From positions 24,428,001 to 24,492,000 of the forward strand of contig CAIIXF020000001.1 of the NCBI GenBank assembly GCA_903813345.2: a DNA stretch of 64,000 nucleotides. The letters run 5' to 3'. The notes beneath the pieces were generated by a model. The model saw only the letters and a program-made list of their open reading frames with translations, did no database searches and was not told the origin of the DNA. Positions within the stretch are counted from its first letter, which is position 1, and each line of letters starts with the position of its first letter. Position numbers and translations under genes: made by a program. The stretch is from Owenia fusiformis (lineage: Eukaryota). Positions 25,433-36,945 of this stretch are shown one piece after another.

Positions 25433-26296
25433 CACTCCCCTCCATAAGTTTGGCAACCTTTTTTCCCCCATTGAACTACGTGTTAAAGCCTCTTTACCTT
25501 TGAATTTTTATTTACTTAACTTGCGATGAAAATACTTATACTATTGATGGAAACGTAATTTGACTTTAATTCCAATACCTCCAAATTTTCTCAATTTTTT
25601 TCCTCAACTACAATAGGTCGAAAATTGATGATGAATTTTTGAAAATCAACATTCCCATGTTAACCAATGGGAAATGGTAGGTTTGCCGCAAGTCATGACA
25701 GAATATCCATCCATCCGAGTCCTTGCAAAAAATACGAGTTAGGCAGGCAATTGAATTTGCTAACTCTATTTAACAAAAAATTGATGTGTTTCTTCAGGTT
25801 CAACAAAGTTATAGGGCTTTAAAGTCAAAATTGTTTTTCAAAAAACCTCTCCCATTGAAATAACACAAGAGGCGAAAAATTATTTTCAAACATGAGTTTG
25901 AAGCTCTGTAACGTTAATATTCATCAAATAAACTAAACACTTAGTGTTAAAAAAGTTAGACAATTCAATTTTCTATATCAAAATATTTTTTGCTGAATCT
26001 TTTACTGAAAAGATATCCTGATTTCTGATTTGCCCCGAACCCTCCATTTCACATTGGATTACATGGGAATGACGATTTTCAAAAATTCATCAAATTTATC
26101 ACCAATTGTCGACCTATTGTAATTGAGGAAAAAAATTGAGAAAATTTGGAGGTATTGGAAATAAAGTCAAGTTACGTTTTCATCAATATTATAAGTTATT
26201 TCATCGCCGATTAAGTGAATAAAAATTCAAACGTAAAGAGGCTTTAACACGTAGTTCAATCGGGAAAAAAGGTTGCCAAACTTATGGAGGGGAGTG
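25433..26296. mobile_element. Tc1/mariner-type long-TIR MITE, 864 bp
   Basis: TA-CACTCCCCTCCATAAGTTTGGCAACC...GGTTGCCAAACTTATGGAGGGGAGTG-TA. Arms pair over more than 200 bp. Confidence 0.9.
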
Positions 26297-26860
26297 TAGT
26301 TTAAAGTCTTGCCAAGAGCATGCACATGAAATTAAACATGAAATACTGCTTTGTATTCATCGGACAAATCTTTTAAAACCTACATCACAAGTTTTGCTTC
26401 AAACATGACAACGTACAGCTAAAGTGTACCACCGTATATTTTGTCAATGTACGTCGTCCATGGTTAGGCGTTTAAAAATACTTGAATACAAAACAAAATA
26501 CAAGTGACCAAAAATAGAAGTTTTTGACATTTGAGTTTTACTGCAACATCAATTTTCCCTTCTCATTAATTAGACCAGCTCATCGAAGCTGACACTCTCT
26601 TCAGATGGCCTTTTGAAACCTTTGGAGGTATTATGTCATTTTGTTTGACCAAGGTCTCGTTTATTCAGTTAATAAACAGGACATACATTTTGTTAAAAGC
26701 TATAACATAATACATCATTCTGAGATTATATTTTTTATATTGCATGACATGTTAATCCCTTGGTATCGGATCGTTGACGTTGTTGTTAGATTACCCTACT
26801 GAATTATAGATTTTGGTTTTCATTGGATTCATGTAGCGTGATATGACATTAAATCTCCTA

Positions 26861-28017
26861 CAGGGTGGGCCAAAAAACGCCACTTTTTTTCAAAATGCTA
26901 TAGCTTTTTTAATATTTGATACAAAATCATAATTTGCAGATCAAATGAAACTTGAGGTTGTTATCTATCCATTGATCATGAATTGAACACTTTTACTTGA
27001 ATAGAATATGTCACCAGCGTCTCACTTAAACATGTGGTGTGCCATGAGAAAGAAGCATAATTTGAAAAATGTTTCTGAACTGATACGGCCTGATGATCGC
27101 CAAGCTAATAGTCCTGATGCAAACCCCAGTGAGGGTATGGGAAGGTCTCCAGGAGATTGTATGAAGGCACCCAATCTAGAAAATTGCTCAACTAAAGCTG
27201 ACAATTAAGACAGGTTGAAAAAAACTTAGCTAACATTTCATTGATACTGCTATATCAGCAAGGCGAATAAAACTAAAATATATTTTTATTTTATTTATTT
27301 TAATTTTATTATAGTGTCATGAGTTAAAATACAATTCCATATATAAAACAATAGTACACTGTTAAAATCACCCCAGGCCCCCTATGGGCCTATAAGACAT
27401 TAGACATTAGACATTAAACACTGAAATTTACTCTCTTCATCTAAATTCATGAAACCAGTTACAATAGTAGAAACGTTTGCATACAATTCTAAACGGATGT
27501 CTTCATAACGAGAACAGTTCAAAATTACATGTTTTTCATTTTCAACTGCATTATAACATAAAGGGCACACCCTTTCATCAACTGGCAGCCTTTCATAACG
27601 ACCAGTTTCTATTCTGATTGGTGCTACACCACATCTTATAGAAGCAAATGACTTTCTTTGAGAAATAGAAAGCGTTGATGTAACATATCTTTCTGTTTTT
27701 ATGTCATGTTTATAGGTTCTAAAAGTTCTGAGTTTGTTTCATTGACCTTGTTGCCGCTTTGTATCGTCCCAGAGTCTTGTTTGCCAGTTGTTCTGCACTT
27801 GACGTTCCAGCGGTGACACAATCGCCGACACCGGGTCGGTATCATCAAATAGGGTGGCGAACCATTTGAACTCCTCTTTTAAATCAAATAGAAACCAAGT
27901 TGAAGGACTAGTTACATTATGTTATTACTAAGAACCCCTGGCACTATATAACTGCAAAATTTGGGGTATGTAGGTTGGAAAATAAAAAATTTGTAGTGTC
28001 TTTTTTGGCCCAACTTG
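26861..28017 (+). mobile_element. Internally deleted Tc1/mariner element with a transposase C-terminal remnant
   Basis: TA-CAGGGTGGGCCAAAAAA...TTTTTTGGCCCAACTTG-TA. ORF 27008-27208 contains ANSPDANPSE, matching the WPxNSPDLNPxE/D motif. Confidence 0.75.
27278..27810 (-). mobile_element. Non-LTR retrotransposon 3' fragment (RTE-X-like) nested in the Tc1 element
   Basis: Minus-strand frame KLRTFRTYKHDIKTERYV...IRCGVAPIRIETGRYERLPVDERVCPLCYNAVENEKHVILNCSRYEDIR, followed by an A-rich tail at ~27310-27278. Confidence 0.8.
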
Positions 28018-29779
28018 TATATGGACTTATCTTAGTTATGGACCCCGCCATGCCACCTTCCAATTGCTTCAGTCTAAGAGTGTGCTATCCGTAACTCTCT
28101 AGGACACTATAACGTCATATTTAAATTACAAAATAGTGATCTATCACTATAAAATTATATTACAATATTACACAAAACTTGGAAATGTTCTTGGAATACT
28201 ATTTTGAGCGGTTTAAGCTGCCACCTTTTCCCTGAGGCTACGAACGCAAATTAGACGAGCCTTATAAAATTAATGTACATTCGGATCAAAATTGAGACAA
28301 AAAGTTCAATAGGCCTATCTCTGGGTTCAGTTGTCATGGATTGATGTATTATGGCTTGTTAGAAAGGTCTTCTTACATATTTTATGGATATATCAGAATA
28401 TCAAATATATTCAAGTTCACTAGATTCTGATACAGCATTTTGATTGTGTGGGGCTGTATCCATGGTGACATTTTACTCACTCAGAAATGCGTTAAACCCC
28501 AAACTTAGTTACTCTTAAGCACTCATAATGTTTCAGAGGGTTCAAAGGAATATTTTGACAAAGGTTTCATTGATGTACTCGAGATGTCATGTAAAACTAA
28601 TTTTAGGGGCATTTCAAAAAGCGCCCCTTGGTGGTAGCCCCAAATTTGTCACTTAAGAGTATACACATATAATGCCCAGAATAACTGGGAAACATGTGAT
28701 CATAACGGTGAACGGTGAAATATTTGGGATTATTTTCTGCGGATGGATGAGCTTGATAGTGGTGAATTGGTCAATGTACATAAATATGATGACGTTTTAG
28801 TAATCCAACTATGCAAGAGAGCAGAACTTTTGATTTTCGTGGGTTTTTGTTGAATTTTTTTGACACGAATGTGAGATGTTTTGCTGATGTTTTGCTCTGA
28901 AATTCTTTGAAAATCGATAAGCTGCAATTTGAGAAATTCTAATTTGAACTTTGTCAATTTTAACATGCATCTCAATGGTACAAAAAGTAAGGAGAGTTCT
29001 ACCTAACTTTGGTCACCGAAATTTGATATCAGATCTTTACCTCTTTTTTATAAAACCCTGATAACCCGGATTTAAAAAAATCAGCCTAAAATTTGACAAA
29101 ATTTAGGTTTGAAAGTATGACTCGGGATCCCAATTCATGGATTATTAAAGGGTCGGATTGATCATTGCCTTATAATGGAAGAAAACACGTTCTGTATATT
29201 CTAAACTACCCTCGTGTCACTAACATCACTTAGGATAAGATAGGTCGTTTTCAAAGTAGACTTAGACGACAATGTGGGAAATATGTTGATGGTTTGATTC
29301 TCAATTTCACAGAATCCTAATCTCCTTCATTTGTATATACTTTTTGTATATACTGTATTGACCTTAAAGATACAATGCCACCCTGGTCAGCAAAGCATCA
29401 CAGTCCCAGATATAACTGTCCATAAGCATTTATTTTTTGCGTTTGATTCACGAAGTATGAATTAGCAAGAAAATAGCATTCGTTAGCGCTATGAAAAATA
29501 GAACATATACTTACATAACTGCATTTAGATTCAGGTGTTATCACGATTGGGGTTTTAGAAAGGCGCTTTTACAAACCACACCTGTCAAGTAAAAAATTGG
29601 GGGTTGTTTGAAAAAATCGGGGTTCATCTTCTAAAAAATCGGAAACATCGTGGTTTCCAAACTACAATTTGAGAAAACCGACTAAGCACATATTATATGT
29701 CAATGCCATCATACAGAGGGGACGAACAAAATGGACACCGTGAATTTCATAATTGTGAGTACGTCCCAGAAGACATATA

Positions 29780-30804
29780 CACGCCCGGTGATCGTACAAA
29801 ATGGATGGAGGGGGGGGATTAGGCGATTTCTGCAAGAAAACTCAACAAACTTGGAAGATTTATTTTTTCAAGAGAAAATTTACAACTGAATTGCCAAATG
29901 AATAGGCGCAGTGCATGGCAAAATATGTTAGGTCATCTAGTATTTTTTTGCACTGATACGCTTCAAAGATATGAGATCTATTAAAAAAGGCGCATCATCA
30001 CCAACGTGCAAAAGTCAATGTTTTTGCTATAAATCGGGCCACAATGGTCTACACAACCTGTAATAAATAGGTTAAAGGGGCATTATTATCACAATACTAA
30101 TGATATTGCTCACTTTTTAAAGTTAGTTTCCATGCGTTATACAAAAAATAATCGAAATAAATTAATTTTGGATGGAGGGGGGGGGAGTGGATGGAGGGGG
30201 GGATTAATATGTCTTTACGATGGAACAAATTCACAAGAACTCGGGTATTTGAAAAAACTAAACTCAGTACCCCAGTAAGAAACTGGATATTATATCTCTG
30301 GAGAAAGAAAAATGGGAAAATTTGGAGTCATAAGAATAAATTCAAGTAGCATGTCTTATCATGTCTTACATACACGTGATCCCCCCTCCATCCAATCCCC
30401 CCCTCCATCCAATATTAATTTATTTCGATTATTTTTTGTATAACGCATGGAAACTAACTTTAAAAAGTGAGCAATGTCATAAGTATTGTGATAATAACGT
30501 CCCTTATACCTATTTATTACAGGTCGTGTAGACCATTGATGCCCGATTTATAGCAAAAACATTGACTTTTGCACGTTGATGATGATGCGCCTTTTTTAAT
30601 AGATCTCATATCTTAGAAGGGTATCAGTTCAAAAAAAATACTAGATGACCTAACATATGTTGCCATGCACTGCGCCTATTCATTTGGCAATTCAGTTGTA
30701 AATTTTCTCTTGAAAAAATAAATCTTCCAAATGTGTTGGAGTTTTCTTGCAGAAATCGCCTAATCCCCCCCCCCTCCATCCATTTTGTACGATCACCGGG
30801 CGTG
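29780..30804. mobile_element. Foldback MITE with ~425-bp TIRs and TA TSD, 1025 bp
   Basis: TA-CACGCCCGGTGATCGTACAAAATGGATGGAGGGG...CCCTCCATCCATTTTGTACGATCACCGGGCGTG-TA. Arms are ~29780-30204 and ~30379-30804. Confidence 0.9.
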
Positions 30805-31432
30805 TATACCCTCCACATATTGTAGAACAGAAACAGAAGCTCTAATATTTTTATATTTTCTGATTTAATCTACAGCTGTTTGCATGATACCTGGATAGCA
30901 TACGGTTATACATGCAGGCTAAAACTTCCCTTATAACCTACTGTAGCAACAAACATTACAAAAGCCGTTTTGAATGGGAATGTCAGTTCTCCATGCTATA
31001 GATGGATCCTGAAAATAAAATGCAAATAAAATAGAGAATTCAAAGGAAGACAATTTTGAATAAATAGCAGCATAGACAAAAGCACTCTACCTGAAATCGT
31101 TCATCCTCATTACATTTCTACAATCAATAAAAACACCAAGTGGAATCTGCTGTATTATTCGTTAATGTTTGCTGAATTATATTTTTGGGGCATCTTCAAT
31201 TGTTACTTCACATTTGCATTTCCGTATCTCTCCTTCATCATATTTGGCCTGATATTCACGTATATTGACAGCTCTCTGGCTTAACGTTAACAAATCCAAA
31301 GTTTTTTCATTCTCTAAAATTGACTGCATCAGGTTCACATAAGGGGTGTAAACTTGAATCTATCGCAACTAGTGGGATTTATTATTGAGGATGATACTTG
31401 ACAGCCCTGAATCAAGACGATAAGTCAATTAA

Positions 31433-33276
31433 GGTGCAGTGGTACTTAACAGGAATATATATATATATATTTTATTAACTTAATAACCATGTCATGCAAA
31501 TGACATAGTCACTACAGTGTAAAAAAACCTACAAACTACAACTACATATTACAAAACAACTTTACATCAGTTTCATATGTCAGGGTATGATAACAGAATA
31601 TCAGCGTGGTGTATCCATAATACATGTTTACATAATATTAATAATTTCCAAATTTTTAAGAGTGATATACAAATTTGGCTAATAAGTTAACATGAGAGCT
31701 TTTATTAGACATAATAGTTTCAAACAGTGTATCTGGATCTTTGCACTGTTTCAGATCAGATTCTAAAGTTTCAAACAAAAGTTATTTGTGTTTTAAGTTC
31801 TTTGTACAGCTTGTGATAAAGTGAATCTCATCTTCAATTACCCCACATTTGCTACTCAACCTTTCACTTGTGGGTTTTTGCTTTGGTTTTGAGTACCGCC
31901 CGACCTCTATCTGTAATTTGTGTGAATCCTGAGCATAACAAAACAGGAAGTGACCAAAAATTCGGCATTTTGTGAACAAAGATAACAGAGTTCTGTTTTG
32001 ACCTCCAGTCAATTCAAATAGTTCCACATATCATTTACAGGACCAGGGATCACAATGTCCATGGTCAGAATGACCCTAAACATGATGAAATAATGCTAAA
32101 AGTAGCCCCTCGGGAAAGATCACTGAACAGAATCTTTTGAATTTTTCAGAAAATGTACGCAATAAATTGAATGCAAGCATTGCCATTATACAATTGTATA
32201 TGTCAGAATGTATTATGGTCACATGAATCACTCGAGGCATCCTGTGGCAAGGATTACTCAACCATGACATGCAAGCATGTTGTTGCCTCCATCCCGTTAG
32301 AGAAATCTGATTGTCATGCTGCGATTGACTTTCTTAGTGGTTTACTTCACAGTGTAGGTACACAAACACAAGAAGTGAAGTACATATACCGCATTATTTT
32401 GTTAAAATGCTGAACCGTGAAGAGATCTCTTCGTTTCATTGGCCACGGGCCATTAATTGAGATTACCATGAAGGATATACCCCATTTGCATTGCCCTCAT
32501 CCTACGACTGGTATGTAATTTAGCCACTGACAACAAATGCAATGTTTTGGCATGTTTGTATGTGGTGAAAGTCACAAAATGTTTTACGAGAAATTATATC
32601 TCAAAACTGTTTTACCAGAAGGAAAGGAGAAGAAGGAAGGAATACCAGAAGTCGGAAATGTGGCATTTTTAGACATTTTTTGAACAAAGATAACACAGTT
32701 CTATTTTAACCTCCAGCCAATTCAAATAGTTCCACATATCATTTGCAGGACAAGGATCATAACGCACATGGTCAGAATGACCCTAAATATGATGAAATAA
32801 CTTTTTCAGCCCTCTGAAAACGTGACTGGAAAATAGAATGGAATGGAAAGTAGGAGCTTAGAAAATGTCACTGAACAGAATCTTTTGAATTTTTCTGAAA
32901 ATGTCCCCAATATATTGCTCTAAATAATATAATCTTTGAAAATGTGATATCATGCGAAGAAAAAAAAAGAAAAAACTGAATTGAAAAGCGATCTATTTCC
33001 CTTTTTATGACTGCCATTTTGTTTCAGACAATTTTTAAAAATTGTATCATTTAGAGCAATTTATTGGCCACATTTTCTGAAATTCAAAACATTCTGTTCA
33101 GTGACCTTTTCTGACCATGTACATTGTGATCCTGGTCATGTAAATGATATGTGCAACTAATTAAATTGACTGGAGGTCAAAACAGAACTCTGTTATCTTG
33201 GTTCAAATAATGTTTGAAATCAAGCATGGTATTGTCACTTCCTGTTTTATCATTTCCTGTTAAGTACCACTGCATA
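31433..33276. mobile_element. Kolobok-like (TTAA, GG termini) long-TIR non-autonomous element
   Basis: TTAA-GGTGCAGTGGTACTTAACAGGAA...TTCCTGTTAAGTACCACTGCA. The left TIR resumes at ~31935 after a LINE insertion. An internal direct copy of the arm lies at ~32680-32910. Confidence 0.7.
31456..31930 (-). mobile_element. Non-LTR retrotransposon 3' fragment (RTE-X-like) with (TA)n tail
   Basis: SHKLQIEVGRYSKPKQKPTSERLSSKCGVIEDEIHFITSC in ORF 31782-32027. The 3' end is AATAAA followed by (TA)n. Confidence 0.75.
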
Positions 33277-33919
33277 TAAACGTCAGAGATAAACTTTAAA
33301 ATTATATATTAATATCCCCATAACAAGAATACAACAAATAGCAGGAATTAATGCTTTATTATGCTTTGATTGATTCGGAATAGTTTCATCAAAATTCGAG
33401 TGGGTAAAAGAAAATAGAACCTTAATATTTTATCTACTGCTTTTGTAAATATAAAGCACTTAGGTCTTTTGGGTTTTAGGAAAATGTATTCAGAGCATGA
33501 AACATTTTAGTCAGTATGATGAGTTTCTTAATTTGTTTCATGAATGTTTATAGAACTTTAAATTAATGTATTTCCCCTTCCCGAATTTTGTCTACAAAGT
33601 CTTGTGTACATATATTAGGCAAATCGTAGGTGCATTTAACATCTCGGGGGTGAATTTCTGCACTTTTCAAAAGACTTGGTCAAGGACCATGTATAGTACA
33701 TGTAGTATAGCAAGTGGTTAAGTCAGTCATATCTTTTACCATGAGTACTTTCTCAATAATCCATTGGAAAATAACATGGGATATGTGGTTTTTAACTTTA
33801 TTCAAATACTCTTTTAATGTATTTAAAATGAAAAGAAAGATCCTCTTTTTACAAAATAAGCCTAAACCACTGTATAAATGGCCAGAAAGTACTCATGATG
33901 AAAGCTATGACGTGCCATA

Positions 33920-34133
33920 CTACACCTGCTCCTTTTAAGGCAAGGCCAAATGTGATACATATGACGTTTACGTTGTGTCGTCGTTACTTCTTATGTACGG
34001 ATACCTACTTTTATTATCTTTGGTACTTTTTCATTTATAATGGAACTTATACACCCCTCGGGGTGTCTTTTCATGTCAATGTAAAACACTGTATTTGAAA
34101 CATTTGAAATAAAGTGAATTGAATTGAATTGAA
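33920..34133 (+). mobile_element. CR1/L2-group LINE 3' UTR and tail remnant
   Basis: T-rich UTR, hairpin acacccc-tc-ggggtgt, AATAAA and a (TGAAT)4 microsatellite tail. Confidence 0.55.
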
Positions 34134-34346
34134 TAAGTCACGGACAACAATGACAACTGTCATGAATGGGATTCTTCACTATGTTAGGGAACTGAGTAGG
34201 TATTTCCTTGACAGTGAGGCTAACCTAAATGGAACATTATCTATACTTAAAATACTTCAACTGCAGCGTATTTCCATTAGGCAAATAGGTGCAATATAGA
34301 GGTAGGATAGCCATTTTCTTTGGCATTTCATGCTTCATCAATTATA

Positions 34347-35312
34347 CAGGGTGGTCCAAAAAAGTAAACTGTTGCAAGAGGTAATATTTTGTAGGCCACA
34401 TGTTGTAGAGGTAGGTCTAAAACTTTTGTTGGTACCATACATTTTTCGTCGTTTTGAAATTTGCAGAAATTATAAGCCCTAACTAAACATTACTGAAAAT
34501 TGATAAATGTGAACTTCAACATTTCCGATTCGTCAATACTTCAACAATCTTCCCGTGGAAATATTTTTAGCTGCTCTCTGAAAAACCAATGTTTTTTGAT
34601 TTGGTCTGGTTTTGAATCCCGCACATTCTTGTGTAAAAATTAGCATCCTGCCTCCGTTAGTTGCAAAGTTATTGTGATCCAAAGAAATGGTCTAAGTTTC
34701 CAACTTGACGAGAACATCCTCCAGTGAAATCGCAACATACCCTTATAGTATGGTCTTTAAATGTCAATATCTTCATTAATCATGAACCAATTCTAATGAA
34801 ATATGACTCAAAATACTTCAATTAGATTTCCGTTTGATTTTTGTAATATAAGATATTTACACGAAGGGTTTCTCAGAGTTTGGGTCACAGGGATAACTGT
34901 GCCCCCCCCCCGCTCTAACCGTTTGTGTAGGTAACATGCCCCTTAACTGTTGAATGGTCAAAACTGCTTCAAAATGGTCAACGAAAGTGTGAAATGTGTT
35001 TCCTGCTCAAATAGTGTCCCATTTGTCATATGGTATGGTTTAAACTTATATCTCACTGTAAGTTTTTTAAAGATCATCCAATGTGTTTCAACAATTTCCG
35101 TGAATCACATTGGTAAGATTTTTCACAATATCTAATTTTAGGCATGTTTGTTAAAATCTTGTTATTTCTTCAAAATTCAAACCTGAGAATAAATTATGGC
35201 ATCGACAAATTTTTTAGACCTTTCTCTACAAGATGTGATGATATGAGCAAATTTATGCATGTATTAAGGACAGTATTGCCTGTTGCAGGGGTCCACTTTT
35301 TGGACCAGCCTG
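34347..35312. mobile_element. Tc1/mariner-type MITE, 966 bp
   Basis: TA-CAGGGTGGTCCAAAAAAGT...ACTTTTTGGACCAGCCTG-TA, with weaker subterminal inverted similarity. Confidence 0.78.
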
Positions 35313-36065
35313 TATAAATACATGTGATATTTGTGAAGACCTGCGTTGTCCATCATGTTATTGAATTGGAGGGTACTTTGTAATGACTAAGATAAATACC
35401 AAATAGAGGAAGGCATTAGAGGGACCAAATGTTCTGAAAATACTATTTTTAGAAATAAATTAAGTTCATTTTTGGATAATGTAGTACTTTAAAAAGAAAA
35501 GTTAAACTTCCCAACTTGAACACATTTGTAAAGGTTATTACTGTAATGAAATTGCAGTTTCAAACACTATGTTTTTTCTAATATACATGTATGTACCTTT
35601 ATAAGTTAAATGTGTCGACTATCATATGGTCATTATAGAAAAATAAACCTAATTTATACCGTATTAAAAACGTAATGAAAATGATCCATATCGCTCAGCC
35701 CATTGGGAACACTTCAATGATTTGAGCGAATTTTTCGGATTGCATAGTCGATTAATTTTTTACTTTCGTCCACCCTTTATTTATAGTCAAATTGACCAGC
35801 CCTCCTTTTAGCTAACGCAATAACTTGAAAATCACAAATGATGAAACTCAAGCTCCTAATCTTTCTCTAATCCTTCACATAATTGTTTGTCATTCTTGCC
35901 CATATCATCTTGCCCTCGACCTAAATCAGGCTAATATGTGATATCATCATTTAATCCCTTTTTGTTGAAACTCTCCTTAATTAATGGTATCGTGTAATAC
36001 CATTTGTCCTGATTGAAAGAGAGTAGATCGGCAATTTAACTGCAGAACTGATGAGCTATTAGCAC

Positions 36066-36945
36066 CCCATGCAGACAGATCGCCTAAAATTACATTCGTA
36101 TGATGTGAGAATCGACATTCACCAGGAAAGTAGAAACATTTTGTCATGATGCACATTAATTTTTTACTGTTTAATAAATGTTGAATGACAGTCATATAAA
36201 ATTCTATTAGTATGAGAATAGCATACCGTCTTGATATTTCAAGGTAACTCGTTCGAAAAATGATGACGGTGATTGAAATGACGATGTAAAGATAAAACCG
36301 CAACGAAATATTTGTAGATTTCTTTGAAAAACTAATATACATATCTGAGAATATACATCTCATATTGAATTTTTCAAAAACATAAAAACATGTATAAATA
36401 GTAAGGCATGTAGGTCCGATTCCCTCTGGTAGCATTAACATTTGTGTCGTATAAGTCATACAATTAATCTTTGAAACCAGACTTTTATTCAAACTTATGA
36501 TCGGATATAGGTATGATGTGTACTTCAATGTAATATTAATAAAGTAACATCATACTTATGTCCAATCATAAGTTCAGATGATAGTTGTTTTTCAAATATT
36601 AATTGTATGACATATATGAGACCAATGTTAATGCTACCAGGGGAAATCTGAACTGCAGGCCTTACATTTTTCTTACCTTTTCAAAGAAATCTACAAATAG
36701 TTCATTACGGTTTTATATTTACATCGTAATGTCGATCACCGCCATCACCTTTCGAGCGAGTTACCTTGAAATATCAATACGCCATGCTTATCTCATTCTT
36801 ATAGAACTCAATGTAACTGTCCTTTACCATTTATTAAGCAGTAAAAAATAATTTGCTTCATGGGTGACAAAATGTTTCTACTTTCCTGGTGAATGTCGAG
36901 TCTCGCATCATACGAATGTAATTTTAGGCGATCTGTCTTCATTGG
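36066..36945. mobile_element. Near-complete foldback element, ~880 bp
   Basis: agacagatcgcctaaaattacattcgtatgatg... pairs with ...catcatacgaatgtaattttaggcgatctgtct. Pairing continues inward to a ~25-nt loop near 36520-36545. TSD unclear. Confidence 0.85.
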
